DNA of 63,879 bases, filler included, from an uncultured bacterium (GTDB lineage Bacteria; CAYJRR01): NCBI GenBank assembly GCA_964372275.1. It is 4 parts of 4 records of this genome, joined end to end, with 100 filler letters (N's around TTAATTAATTAA, not from the genome) between each part and the next. Parts side by side here need not be neighbours in the genome. Positions count along the whole stretch, not along the records: positions 18,516 to 36,632 come from CAYJRR010000092.1; positions 36,733 to 54,723 come from CAYJRR010000093.1; 2 more parts are not named here. One strand, given 5' to 3'. The position numbers and the translations under genes are program-made. Below, one piece after another: positions 28,845 through 37,224 of this stretch (its first letter is position 1; every line of letters begins with the position of its first letter). The notes below the pieces were generated by a model. It saw only the letters and a program-made list of their open reading frames with translations. It ran no database searches and had not been told where the DNA came from.

Positions 28845-30002
28845 ATGTTCATTCATCGCTTTCCTCTCCTACTGTCGTTACCTCTCGCTCTACTCGGCTG
28901 CTCCGAAGGGGCGTCACCGGCGCGCGACGGCGGAGGCCCGCCGGCGGTCCCGACGCCGTTCCCCTTCCCGACGGCGACGGTCGAGCCGACACCCGTCCCC
29001 TGGCCGCCGCCGACGAAGGAGCGCGTCGGGATGAACCCGGGGCAGTCGATGGAGGACTCGGGGAACCTGGTCTTCAAGGGGCAACGGATCGCGGCGACCG
29101 GCAGCGGATGGGTGCGCGTCAACTTCCGGCTCGGTCCCTACGCCTCGCCGAACGCCAACGGCTGGTTCGCCGCCTACGACCAGATCGTGGACGACTACGT
29201 CAGCCGCGGGGTGAAGGTGTTCGGACTGATCGGCGCGGAGTCGGTCCATTCGAGCCATCCGCACGGGTCGGACGCGTGGATCGGAGACTACGTCGCCAAC
29301 GTCGTGGCGATCGTCGGACATTTCAAGGACCGCGTCCGGGTGTACGAGAGCTACAACGAGCCCAACAATTGGGCGTGGGGTACGAGCCAGCCGATCCTCT
29401 CCCCGGAGCGGTTCGCCGCGCTCCTGCAGCGCGTCTATCTCGAGACCAAGTTCTACAACGGCCACGGGGACGACCCGTCGTGGCAGGTGACGCTCGTCTC
29501 GGGCCCGCTCTTCTCCCACGACAACGACGACGGCGCCTCCTACATCCAGTCGACCTACCTCGCCGGGCGGAACCAGCACGCCTGGGACTGGGTTTGCGCC
29601 CAGCTCGGCACCTTCCCGCTCGACGCGCTCGGCTTCCACATCTACGTCGAGGAGAACCCGAGCGCCTCCGAGGCGCAGGTGCTGGCGGCGCTGCGATACA
29701 ACGTCGACCAGTTCACCGGCAGCGCCGACGAGCAGGAGAACGCCTGTCCGACCCCGGGGGACAAGCCGGTCTGGATCACCGAGGTCGGTTTCAACGCCAT
29801 CAGCACCACGGAGCCGATCCAGGCGAGGAACGTCGGACCCCTGTTCGACGCATGGCGCGACGACCCACGGGTCCCGGTCTTCTTCTGGTTCACGATGGAC
29901 GACTTTCCCGGCGGGGCGTGGGGCCTGTTCCGTCTCGACGGCTCGGCCCGTCCCGCCTACGCCGAGTTCGTGAACGCCATCGCGGAGGGGGACGCGCAAT
30001 GA
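28845..30002 (+). CDS. Clan GH-A glycoside hydrolase-like lipoprotein (copy 1)
   Basis: Lipobox LLGC; GSGWVRVNF; YESYNEPN (acid/base); GFHIY; PVWITEVG (nucleophile). Confidence 0.82.
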   Translation: MFIHRFPLLLSLPLALLGCSEGASPARDGGGPPAVPTPFPFPTATVEPTPVPWPPPTKERVGMNPGQSMEDSGNLVFKGQRIAATGSGWVRVNFRLGPYASPNANGWFAAYDQIVDDYVSRGVKVFGLIGAESVHSSHPHGSDAWIGDYVANVVAIVGHFKDRVRVYESYNEPNNWAWGTSQPILSPERFAALLQRVYLETKFYNGHGDDPSWQVTLVSGPLFSHDNDDGASYIQSTYLAGRNQHAWDWVCAQLGTFPLDALGFHIYVEENPSASEAQVLAALRYNVDQFTGSADEQENACPTPGDKPVWITEVGFNAISTTEPIQARNVGPLFDAWRDDPRVPVFFWFTMDDFPGGAWGLFRLDGSARPAYAEFVNAIAEGDAQ

Positions 30003-31162
30003 ACGGCGCCATCGCCGCCTGCAGGCCTCTCCGGAAGAAGGGCTGGGAGGCCGCGCTCCACGTCGCGGTGACCGCTCTTCTCCTCTGCGGATGCGCGGGC
30101 GACGGCGGGCTCGTGCGCGATGCCGACGAGCCGATCCCGGTCCCCACGCCGTTTCCGCCGCTCCTTCCGCGGAGCGACCGCGCTGGGATGAGTCCCGGAC
30201 AGTCGATGACCGACGACGGCACGGTGGTTCTGAAGGGCGCTCGAATCCGCGCCACCGGCGCCGGATGGGCGCGGGTCAACTTCCGTCTCGGGCCGCACGC
30301 GTCGTCGGCCGACCCGGCGTGGATCGCCGCCTACGACCAGATCGTCGACGACTTCATTTCGAACGGCGTGCAGGTGCTCGGCTTGATCGGCGCCGAATCG
30401 GTCTATTCGGACGCAAGCCACGGTTCGGACGGTTGGATCGACGACTACGCCGCCGAGTTCGTGCGGATCGTCGACCACTTCAAGGATCGTGTGCGCGTCT
30501 ACGAGAGCTACAACGAGCCGAACAATTGGGCTCCGGGTACGTCCCAGCCGGTGCTATCGGCGCACACCTTCGCCAAGCTGCTGCAGCGGGTCTACCTCGA
30601 AGTGAAGCACTTCAACGGGCATGCCGCCGATCCCGCGTGGCAGGTGACGCTCGTTTCCGGACCGCTCTTCTCGTTCGATCTCACCGACGCCAGCGACTAC
30701 ATGAACGATGTCTACGTCGCCGGCCGCACGCAGCTGGCCTGGGATTGGACCTGCCAGGAGACCGGGAGCTTTCCGCTCGACGCGCTCGGTTATCACGTCT
30801 ACGTGCAGGAGACGCCGGACGCGAGCGAGCAGCAGGTGATCGACGCGCTCCGGGGGAACGTCGACGGACTGACCGCCGTCTCCGACGCGCAGGAAGGCTT
30901 CTGCGCGCCGCTCCGCCGCAAGGAGGTCTGGATCACCGAGGTCGGCTTCAACGCGGACAGCACCACCGAACCGGTCCAGGCGCGGAACGTCGCTCCGCTG
31001 TTCGAGGCGTGGCGCGACGATTGGCGGGTGCCGGTCTTCTTCTGGTTCACGCTCGACGACTTCCCGGGTGGTCCGTGGGGACTGTTCCGGCTCGACGGCA
31101 GTCCACGGCCGGCGTACGCGGCGTTCCAGCAGGCGACGGCGGACGACCGCGCCGATCCGTAA
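29999..31162 (+). CDS. Clan GH-A glycoside hydrolase-like lipoprotein (copy 2, tandem paralog)
   Basis: ATGA overlap; lipobox-like LCGC; the same YESYNEPNNW and VWITEVGFN motifs. Confidence 0.82.
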   Translation: MNGAIAACRPLRKKGWEAALHVAVTALLLCGCAGDGGLVRDADEPIPVPTPFPPLLPRSDRAGMSPGQSMTDDGTVVLKGARIRATGAGWARVNFRLGPHASSADPAWIAAYDQIVDDFISNGVQVLGLIGAESVYSDASHGSDGWIDDYAAEFVRIVDHFKDRVRVYESYNEPNNWAPGTSQPVLSAHTFAKLLQRVYLEVKHFNGHAADPAWQVTLVSGPLFSFDLTDASDYMNDVYVAGRTQLAWDWTCQETGSFPLDALGYHVYVQETPDASEQQVIDALRGNVDGLTAVSDAQEGFCAPLRRKEVWITEVGFNADSTTEPVQARNVAPLFEAWRDDWRVPVFFWFTLDDFPGGPWGLFRLDGSPRPAYAAFQQATADDRADP

Positions 31163-31320
31163 GCCGGCGGCTCGGATGCCCGCCGCGCGCCGGCGCCGAT
31201 CCATGCCGCTGGGGCACCCGCGGGCCACTGGGAGACGCACTACTCGCCCGGCGTTTGCCCCCCCGATCGCGGGAGAATTGCAAATTCATTCCGTCTCGAA
31301 GGGTTGGCGCATTCGCCCGT

Positions 31321-31337
31321 CTGGCACGGAGGCTGCT
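31321..31337 (+). promoter_or_regulatory. Putative sigma54 (-24/-12) promoter
   Basis: CTGGCACGGAGGCTGCT, 33 nt before ATG 31370, which has a GGAGG RBS. Confidence 0.7.
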
Positions 31338-31369
31338 CCTGCGACCGGCGCCTCACGGAGGGAGGACCG

Positions 31370-31990
31370 ATGACACGCCGTGCGATCCGTGGCTTCGCGC
31401 TCGCGGCTGCGTTCTGCAGCTCCGGCTCGGCGCTTGCCGCTCCCGACCCGTCGGGATGCGGGACGGGCGCCTCCGCGATGCCGTTGGGTGACGTGGCGTC
31501 GATTGCCGCCGCCGCGCCGGACAAGGGGCCGTTGCTGCGGCGCGTTCTACGTTTCCTCTACGAGGAGGAGAACGTCGCCACCGTCGGTCGGATGAGCTTC
31601 GTCCTGCAGGCGCCGGCGTCGGAGGTGCAGGAGGCGCTCGACCAGCTGGCGCTGGCAGGCTCGGTCGACACCGCGGACCACGGCTACTACTACCTGACGC
31701 TGGAAGGGAGGCGATCGGTCGACCGGTTCTCCGCGCCGGAGAGCGCCCCGTGGGAGACGGCGGCGGCGCTTCAGGATCCCACCGCGTGGCGCGTCTTGAA
31801 GCGGATCGTCGACGACGGCGGTTTCAGCACCTCCCCTCTCCGGCTCTCCTACCAGCTGCGCCTGCCGCCGGAGCAGATCGTCGCCGCGCTCGCGTCGCTC
31901 GAGCGGGCCGACCTCGTGCGCCCCTCCGGAGCGGGCCTCCTTCTGACGACCCGCGCCATCCGGATGAAGCTCGACGCTATGCTTCCCTGA
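31370..31990 (+). CDS. Signal-peptide protein with two winged-helix-like repeats
   Basis: MTRRAIRGFALAAAFCSSGSALA|AP; repeats RRVLRFL..EVQEALDQLALAGSV..YYLTLEG and WRVLKRI..QIVAALASLERADLV..LLLTTRA. Confidence 0.7.
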   Translation: MTRRAIRGFALAAAFCSSGSALAAPDPSGCGTGASAMPLGDVASIAAAAPDKGPLLRRVLRFLYEEENVATVGRMSFVLQAPASEVQEALDQLALAGSVDTADHGYYYLTLEGRRSVDRFSAPESAPWETAAALQDPTAWRVLKRIVDDGGFSTSPLRLSYQLRLPPEQIVAALASLERADLVRPSGAGLLLTTRAIRMKLDAMLP

Positions 31991-32802
31991 TGCACGGGAT
32001 CGGATTGCGGCCGAAGCACTACGGCCGCCTGCTCGAAGAGCCGCCGCCCGTCGACTTCATCGAGGCGGTGAGCGAGAACTTTATGGGGCGCGGCGGTCGG
32101 CCCTGGGCGGTGCTGGAGAAGGTCCGCCGCGACGTGCCGGTGGCGCTCCACGGCGTCAGCCTTTCGATCGGCGGCACCGATCCGCTCTCCGCCGACTACC
32201 TCCGTTCGCTGCGCGATCTGATCGCGCGGGTCGAGCCGTTGCTGGTCTCCGATCATCTGTGCTGGGGATCGCACGCCGGCCGCTACGCCCACGATCTGCT
32301 GCCGCTTCCGTACACCGAAGAGGCGCTGCGGCACGTCGTCGCCCGGGTGATCGAGGTTCAGGAGGCGTTGGGCCGGTCGATCCTGCTGGAGAACGTCTCC
32401 AGCTACGTGACGTTTCGTGGCTCGACGATGAGCGAGTGGGAGTTCCTGTCGGAGGTCGCCCGGCAGGCGGATTGCGGGATCCTGCTCGACGTCAACAACG
32501 TCTACGTCAGCGCCCGGAACCATGGCTTCGATCCGCGCGACTACCTCGACGGAATCCCCGCCGATCGCGTAAGGCAGATCCATCTCGCCGGGCACGTCGA
32601 CCACGGCACGCACCTGCTCGACACGCACGACCATCCGGTGTGTGACGCCGTCTGGGCGCTCTATTGCGAGACGGCGCGTCGCGTCGGCGGCGTCCCGACG
32701 CTGATCGAGTGGGACGACCGCGTTCCCGACCTCGAGCGGCTCGTCGCCGAGAGCCGCCGCGCCGCGGCCGTGGAGGCGGAAGCCCTCGCGGGGGCGACAT
32801 GA
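31990..32802 (+). CDS. DUF692 multinuclear non-heme iron oxidase (MNIO, BufB/HvfB-like)
   Basis: GIGLRPKHY; SENF; HGVSLSIGG; SDHLCW; ENVSSY; LLDVNNVYVS; IHLAGH; DTHD; EWD; TGATG coupling. Confidence 0.93.
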   Translation: MHGIGLRPKHYGRLLEEPPPVDFIEAVSENFMGRGGRPWAVLEKVRRDVPVALHGVSLSIGGTDPLSADYLRSLRDLIARVEPLLVSDHLCWGSHAGRYAHDLLPLPYTEEALRHVVARVIEVQEALGRSILLENVSSYVTFRGSTMSEWEFLSEVARQADCGILLDVNNVYVSARNHGFDPRDYLDGIPADRVRQIHLAGHVDHGTHLLDTHDHPVCDAVWALYCETARRVGGVPTLIEWDDRVPDLERLVAESRRAAAVEAEALAGAT

Positions 32803-33572
32803 CCCTTCGAGAGACGCAGGCCCTGTTTCATGCGTTGGTGACGCGCGCGCCAGGGGCGGAGGGCGTGGCCGTCGATTCGTGCTTCGTCGGAACCCAGGAC
32901 CTGTCCGCCGCGGAGCGCGTCGAGATCTACGCTCGGATGTACCGAGGCCGGATGGTCGACGCGCTTCGCGAGGATTTTCCCAAGATCGCGGAGATTCTCG
33001 GCGACGAATCGTTCGGGACGGCCGTCGCGAACTATCTCCGCGAGCATCCGTCGGAGCATCCCGACCTGGGGAGGATCGGGCGCCGGTTCGAGGACTACCT
33101 GCGATCGGCGCCGCCCGCGGGGGCGCCGGTCGACCTCGCCGACCTCGCCGCGCTGGAATGGGCGCGCGCGGAGGTGTTTCTCGAGGCCGACGGCGCTCCA
33201 GCGACGCGAGCCGCCTTGAAGCAGATCGAGCTCGCGGCGTTCGCCGGAACGCGGCTGCGCTTCGTCTCCGCCTTCCGCCTCCTATCGCTGGAGCACGACC
33301 CGCTGCCGGCGTGGCGGGCGCTCGAAGCCGGCGCAACCGTTCCCGATCCGACGCGCCGCCCGACCCGGATCGCGGTCTGGCGCCCGGCGTTCGAGGTGTT
33401 CCACACCGATCTTCCGACCGACGAGGTGGAGGCCGTGCGTCGGGCGCTCGCTGGATCGCCGATATCGGAGGTGTGCGAGGCGTTCGCGACGCGTCCCTCT
33501 CCGGCCGAGGCCGCACATGCCGCGATCGGCGGATGGTTCGACGAGGGCTGGATCGCCGCGCTCGTGCCGTGA
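32799..33572 (+). CDS. DUF2063 MNIO partner protein (BufC/HvfC-like)
   Basis: LRETQALF; ERVEIYARMY..RMVDALREDFP; DLAALEWA; WFDEGWI; ATGA overlap. Confidence 0.88.
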   Translation: MTLRETQALFHALVTRAPGAEGVAVDSCFVGTQDLSAAERVEIYARMYRGRMVDALREDFPKIAEILGDESFGTAVANYLREHPSEHPDLGRIGRRFEDYLRSAPPAGAPVDLADLAALEWARAEVFLEADGAPATRAALKQIELAAFAGTRLRFVSAFRLLSLEHDPLPAWRALEAGATVPDPTRRPTRIAVWRPAFEVFHTDLPTDEVEAVRRALAGSPISEVCEAFATRPSPAEAAHAAIGGWFDEGWIAALVP

Positions 33573-33609
33573 CACCGATACGCGGCTCGACGAACGCGGC
33601 GCGGGCGCC

Positions 33610-33638
33610 TTGCTTCGGGAAGCAGTCGGTAGTACTAT
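33610..33638 (+). promoter_or_regulatory. Sigma70-type promoter for a leaderless TA transcript, with palindromic operator candidates
   Basis: TTGCTT-N17-TACTAT with ATG 7 nt downstream; palindromes TGCTTC-GG-GAAGCA (33611-33624) and TAGTACTA (33630-33637). Confidence 0.65.
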
Positions 33639-33644
33639 TTCGGT

Positions 33645-33893
33645 ATGAAGGTGAAGACCTCGGTGAGCCTCTCCAAGGAGACGTTGAAGGCGCTCGACCG
33701 GCTCGGTCGGGAGCGTTCACGCAGCCGCTCGTCGGTCATCGAGTGGGCGGTACACGATCTCCTGGAGCGAGAAGCGCGCCGTCTTCGGGACGCTCGCGAT
33801 CTCCAGCGGATCAACGAGAACGCGGAGGCGCTCAACCGCAAGGCCCTCGACTCGCTTGCGGACCAGATCGACCTGTTCGAGGAGCGTCCCTGA
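33645..33893 (+). CDS. Ribbon-helix-helix (CopG-like) antitoxin
   Basis: MKVKTSVSLSKETLKALDRL...SRSSVIEWAV...RDLQRINENAEALN; directly upstream of a PemK toxin. Confidence 0.85.
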   Translation: MKVKTSVSLSKETLKALDRLGRERSRSRSSVIEWAVHDLLEREARRLRDARDLQRINENAEALNRKALDSLADQIDLFEERP

Positions 33894-34216
33894 AGCGCGG
33901 CGATCTGTATCGCATCCGCCGCGCGACGAACGACGACCCGAAGGCCTGGCGGGTCTACGCCGTGGTGAGCCGGCAGGTCTTCATCGACTCGCGATCGTCG
34001 AGCGTCATCTGCGCGCCGGTGTACACCAACCGCCTCGGCCTTCGAACGGAGGTCCCCGTCGGGCCCGAGGAGGGTCTGAAGCACCCGAGCTCACTCCATT
34101 GCGATCGCCTGGTGAGCATCGAGAAGGCGCGACTGACGTCCTACGTTGGGGCGTTGAAGCCGGAGAGCCTGCGCGATCTCCGCGAGGCGCTCCGGGCGGC
34201 GCTCGCGGTCGAGTGA
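33890..34216 (+). CDS. mazF: PemK/MazF family endoribonuclease toxin (CTG start)
   Basis: KRGDLY...RVYAVVSRQ...VICAPVYT...TEVPVGPEEGLKHPSSLHCDRLVSIEKARL..YVGAL; GAGGAG 5 nt before CTG. Confidence 0.85.
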   Translation: MKRGDLYRIRRATNDDPKAWRVYAVVSRQVFIDSRSSSVICAPVYTNRLGLRTEVPVGPEEGLKHPSSLHCDRLVSIEKARLTSYVGALKPESLRDLREALRAALAVE

Positions 34217-34225
34217 ACGGAATCG

Positions 34226-34642
34226 TTACCGGCGTTGGCGGGGACTCGGTGGGTCGCGAGGCGCGATGAGATCGAAGCAATTGCCGTAGAGATCTTCGAA
34301 CACGGCGACCGTTCCGTAGGTCTCCTCGGAGGGCGGTCGCACGAACACCACCCCGCGTGCGACGAGTCGGTCGTAGTCGCGCCAGAAGTCGTCGGTCTCG
34401 AGGAACACCAGGACCCGTCCGCCGGCCTGGCACCCCACGCTGGCCCGCTGTTCGTCAGACACGGCGCGAGCGAGCAGGAGTCCTGCGCCATTGGAACCCG
34501 GCGGACGGACCCGGACCCACCGCTTTCCACCTCCGAGATCCGTGTCTTCGAGGCGCTCGAATCCGAGCGTATCGACGTAGAACCGGAGGGCTTCGTCGTA
34601 GTCCCGGACGGTGAGGGTGAACAGGGCGATCTGCTGGGTCAT
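34226..34642 (-). CDS. VOC/glyoxalase family protein
   Basis: LTVRDYDEALRFYVDTLGF; KRWV; QAGGRVLVFLETDDF; YGTVAVFEDLYGN. Confidence 0.92.
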   Translation of the reverse strand: MTQQIALFTLTVRDYDEALRFYVDTLGFERLEDTDLGGGKRWVRVRPPGSNGAGLLLARAVSDEQRASVGCQAGGRVLVFLETDDFWRDYDRLVARGVVFVRPPSEETYGTVAVFEDLYGNCFDLIAPRDPPSPRQRR

Positions 34643-35017
34643 TCAGAATGACCGGCCGTCGATGAGGCGTATTTCGAGGGCGAATGGATCGACGCCGTCG
34701 ACGCATCCGAGGTTCAGACGGTAGTGCCCCAGCTTCAACGGGCCGTCGTGAAACGGATAGACGCCACAGGTTCTGCAGAACCAGTGGTTCACCACCCGGT
34801 CGCCGAACTGGTAGAGGGTCAGGAGATCCAGTCCCTCCATCGCGGCGAACGCGTCCGGAGGGTAGTAGACGGAGGACATGACCGCCCCTTTGCGGATGCA
34901 GATGGAGCAGTTGCACCGAACACCGGTCGTGATCTCTTCGCTCCGGAAGGTGAAGCGAACGGCGCCGCAATGGCAGGCGCCGCGGTAGACCCTGGTTTGC
35001 GCCATGAGCGGATCCAT
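34643..35017 (-). CDS. GFA (CENP-V) family protein
   Basis: GACHCGAVRF; CNCSIC; HWFCRTCGV; NLGC. Confidence 0.92.
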   Translation of the reverse strand: MDPLMAQTRVYRGACHCGAVRFTFRSEEITTGVRCNCSICIRKGAVMSSVYYPPDAFAAMEGLDLLTLYQFGDRVVNHWFCRTCGVYPFHDGPLKLGHYRLNLGCVDGVDPFALEIRLIDGRSF

Positions 35018-35048
35018 ACCACTATCCTGGCGGCACGGTGAGGCCGCC

Positions 35049-36632
35049 ATGACAACGTCGACGACGTGCGTCTATTGCAAGGGGACGGTGGCGCCGGATG
35101 CGACGAAGTGCCGCCACTGCGGCGAGTGGATCGACGGCCGCTGGCGGGTCTCGGCGCCGGGAACGGTCTGTTTGGCGTTGATCGCCGGCGAACTCCCCAT
35201 CCTTGGGCTGGCGGTAGTCGGCGTCGTGGCGGTTTCGGCCGGTTGCATCCCTGAACGGGACAACCCCTTCGATCCGTCGAACCGGCCCACGGCTGTCTTG
35301 AGCGTCGCGACCGGCCCCTACGATCGGCAGACGAACGCCTGCGCCGCGCCCGATTCGGTGCTCGACACCTTCAGCCGAGGGCGCTGCCTCCACCTGATCG
35401 CCGCCGGATCGGACGCGCCGAAGGGGACGGCGCGCTTCCGCTACGACGCCGACTACACCGGAGACGCGGACGTCGCGTTCGACAGCGGCGAGGCGGTGCT
35501 CGCGACCTCGTGGGCCTTCACGCCCGCCTCGCTCGGGACCGACGGCCGGCACGCCCGCGCGGGATCCCGGACGGTGCGGCTTCGTGTCGAGGACGGCGAG
35601 GGGAGATCGCACGACGCATACGCCGACGTGACATTGGTAAACGCTGCCCCGACCGCGGCCTTCGCCGCGCGTCGCGTCCCCTATTGGGGTCCCCCGGGAA
35701 CGGACGGGGAGACGATGCTCCTGCGCCTTTCCGGCGCCGGGTATTCCGACGCCGACGGCGATGAGGTGAAGTTCTGCTGGCGCCTCCGGAACGACAGCCT
35801 TCCGGGCGTCGCCCCGTCCGAGGAGCGCTGCGAGACCGACCCGGTCCTCGAGATCACCGCGCCGGTCGGAGACCGGGGCGTGATCGTCTTCGAGCACTGG
35901 GTCTCCGACGGAACGGCCACCAGCCAGGTCGTCCCCGCGGTGGTCCGGCTCGACCGGCCGGCCGCCTGGGCCTACAGCGGCGTCGAGCTGTTCCTGCTCG
36001 ACCTCGATCGCCAGGTCTTCGTCCTCGACTCCTCGCTTGCCGCCCGTCCCTCCATCCTGCCCCGGCCGGATCCGGCCGACGCGCGGGTCCACTGGACCTC
36101 TCCGGTCGGAGGCGGCCACGCGCTTCGCGGCGCCGACGCCGACGGCACGGAGACGAACGAGCTGGTGATGGCGTCGATCGTCGGCTCCTCCTACACGTGG
36201 AGCCAGGTGCTGCAGGGCGACCCCGATCCGGAGACGTTGTGGCTGGTCGGCGCGGAGCAGCTCTCCGAGCGCGTCGTGGTGCGCGCGTTCGAGGAGACCG
36301 ATTCGGGCCAGCCGCCGGTTCCCGTCGCCGGCTGGTGGGGTCCGTCCGGCTCCGACTCCGACGACGCGTTCACGTTGCTCGACCCGCACGGCCGATTGTG
36401 GGTCGTGCCGACCTTCGGAAGGATCGCATGGCGCATCTCCCGTGTCGGCGGTTCGCTGGTGGAGGAGGCGGCGATCGTCGCCCCGGATGGCCGTTTCTTC
36501 GCGAACGTCTCGCTTCGCCCGCGCCCAAGCTCCCCGGACGGCGACTATGACGTCTGGCTCGCCGAGCTGCCCGACTTCCTCGGATCGGAACCGCTGGAAC
36601 CGACCCGCGTCCGCATCTTCCCCGTGGACGGC
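35049..36632 (+). CDS. Large exported/lipoprotein-like protein with N-terminal zinc ribbon and PKD/Ig-like regions; 3' truncated
   Basis: CVYC..CRHC; SAGC-IPERDNPFDP; VRLRVEDGEG...NAAPTA..SDADGD..VSDG; runs into the linker. Confidence 0.65.
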
Positions 36633-36732
36633 NNNNNNNNNNNNNNNNNNNNNNNNNNNNNNNNNNNNNNNNNNNNTTAATTAATTAANNNNNNNNNNNN
36701 NNNNNNNNNNNNNNNNNNNNNNNNNNNNNNNN
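36633..36732. other. Artificial contig-joining linker
   Basis: N44-TTAATTAATTAA-N44. Confidence 0.98.
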
Positions 36733-37191
36733 CGTCATCGCCTCGGCCGCCGCCGTCGCCTCGTCAAGGAGCGACGCGTTGGCGATCTCCATCCCGGTGA
36801 GGTCGGAGACCATCGTCTGGTAGTTGAGCAACGCCTCGAGACGACCCTGCGCCACCTCCGGCTGGTACGGCGTGTAGGCGGTGTACCAGCCGGGATTGAG
36901 CAGGACGTTCCGCAGGATCACCGGCGGGGTGAAGGTGTCGGAATAGCCCATTCCCAGCATCGAGCGCACGACGCGGTTCCCGGCGGCAATCCCCCGAAGC
37001 TCTTCAAGCAGCTCGTGCTCGCTCGACTCCGGCGGAAGATCGAGCGGCCGGTCCGATCGGATCCCCCGAGGGACCGTCTGGTCGACCAGGGCGTCGAGCG
37101 ACGGAACCCCCAAGAGGCGGAGCATCTCCGCCGTCTCGCGCTCGTCGGGCCCCAGATGGCGCGGCGCGAATCGGTCGGGATGTCGGAGCAC
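36733..37191 (-). CDS. gcvP: Glycine dehydrogenase (P protein), 5' fragment
   Basis: [72 protein letters not shown]. Confidence 0.95.
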
Positions 37192-37224
37192 GGGCCGCCC
37201 CCTCTTACGAAACCACGTGGAGCT

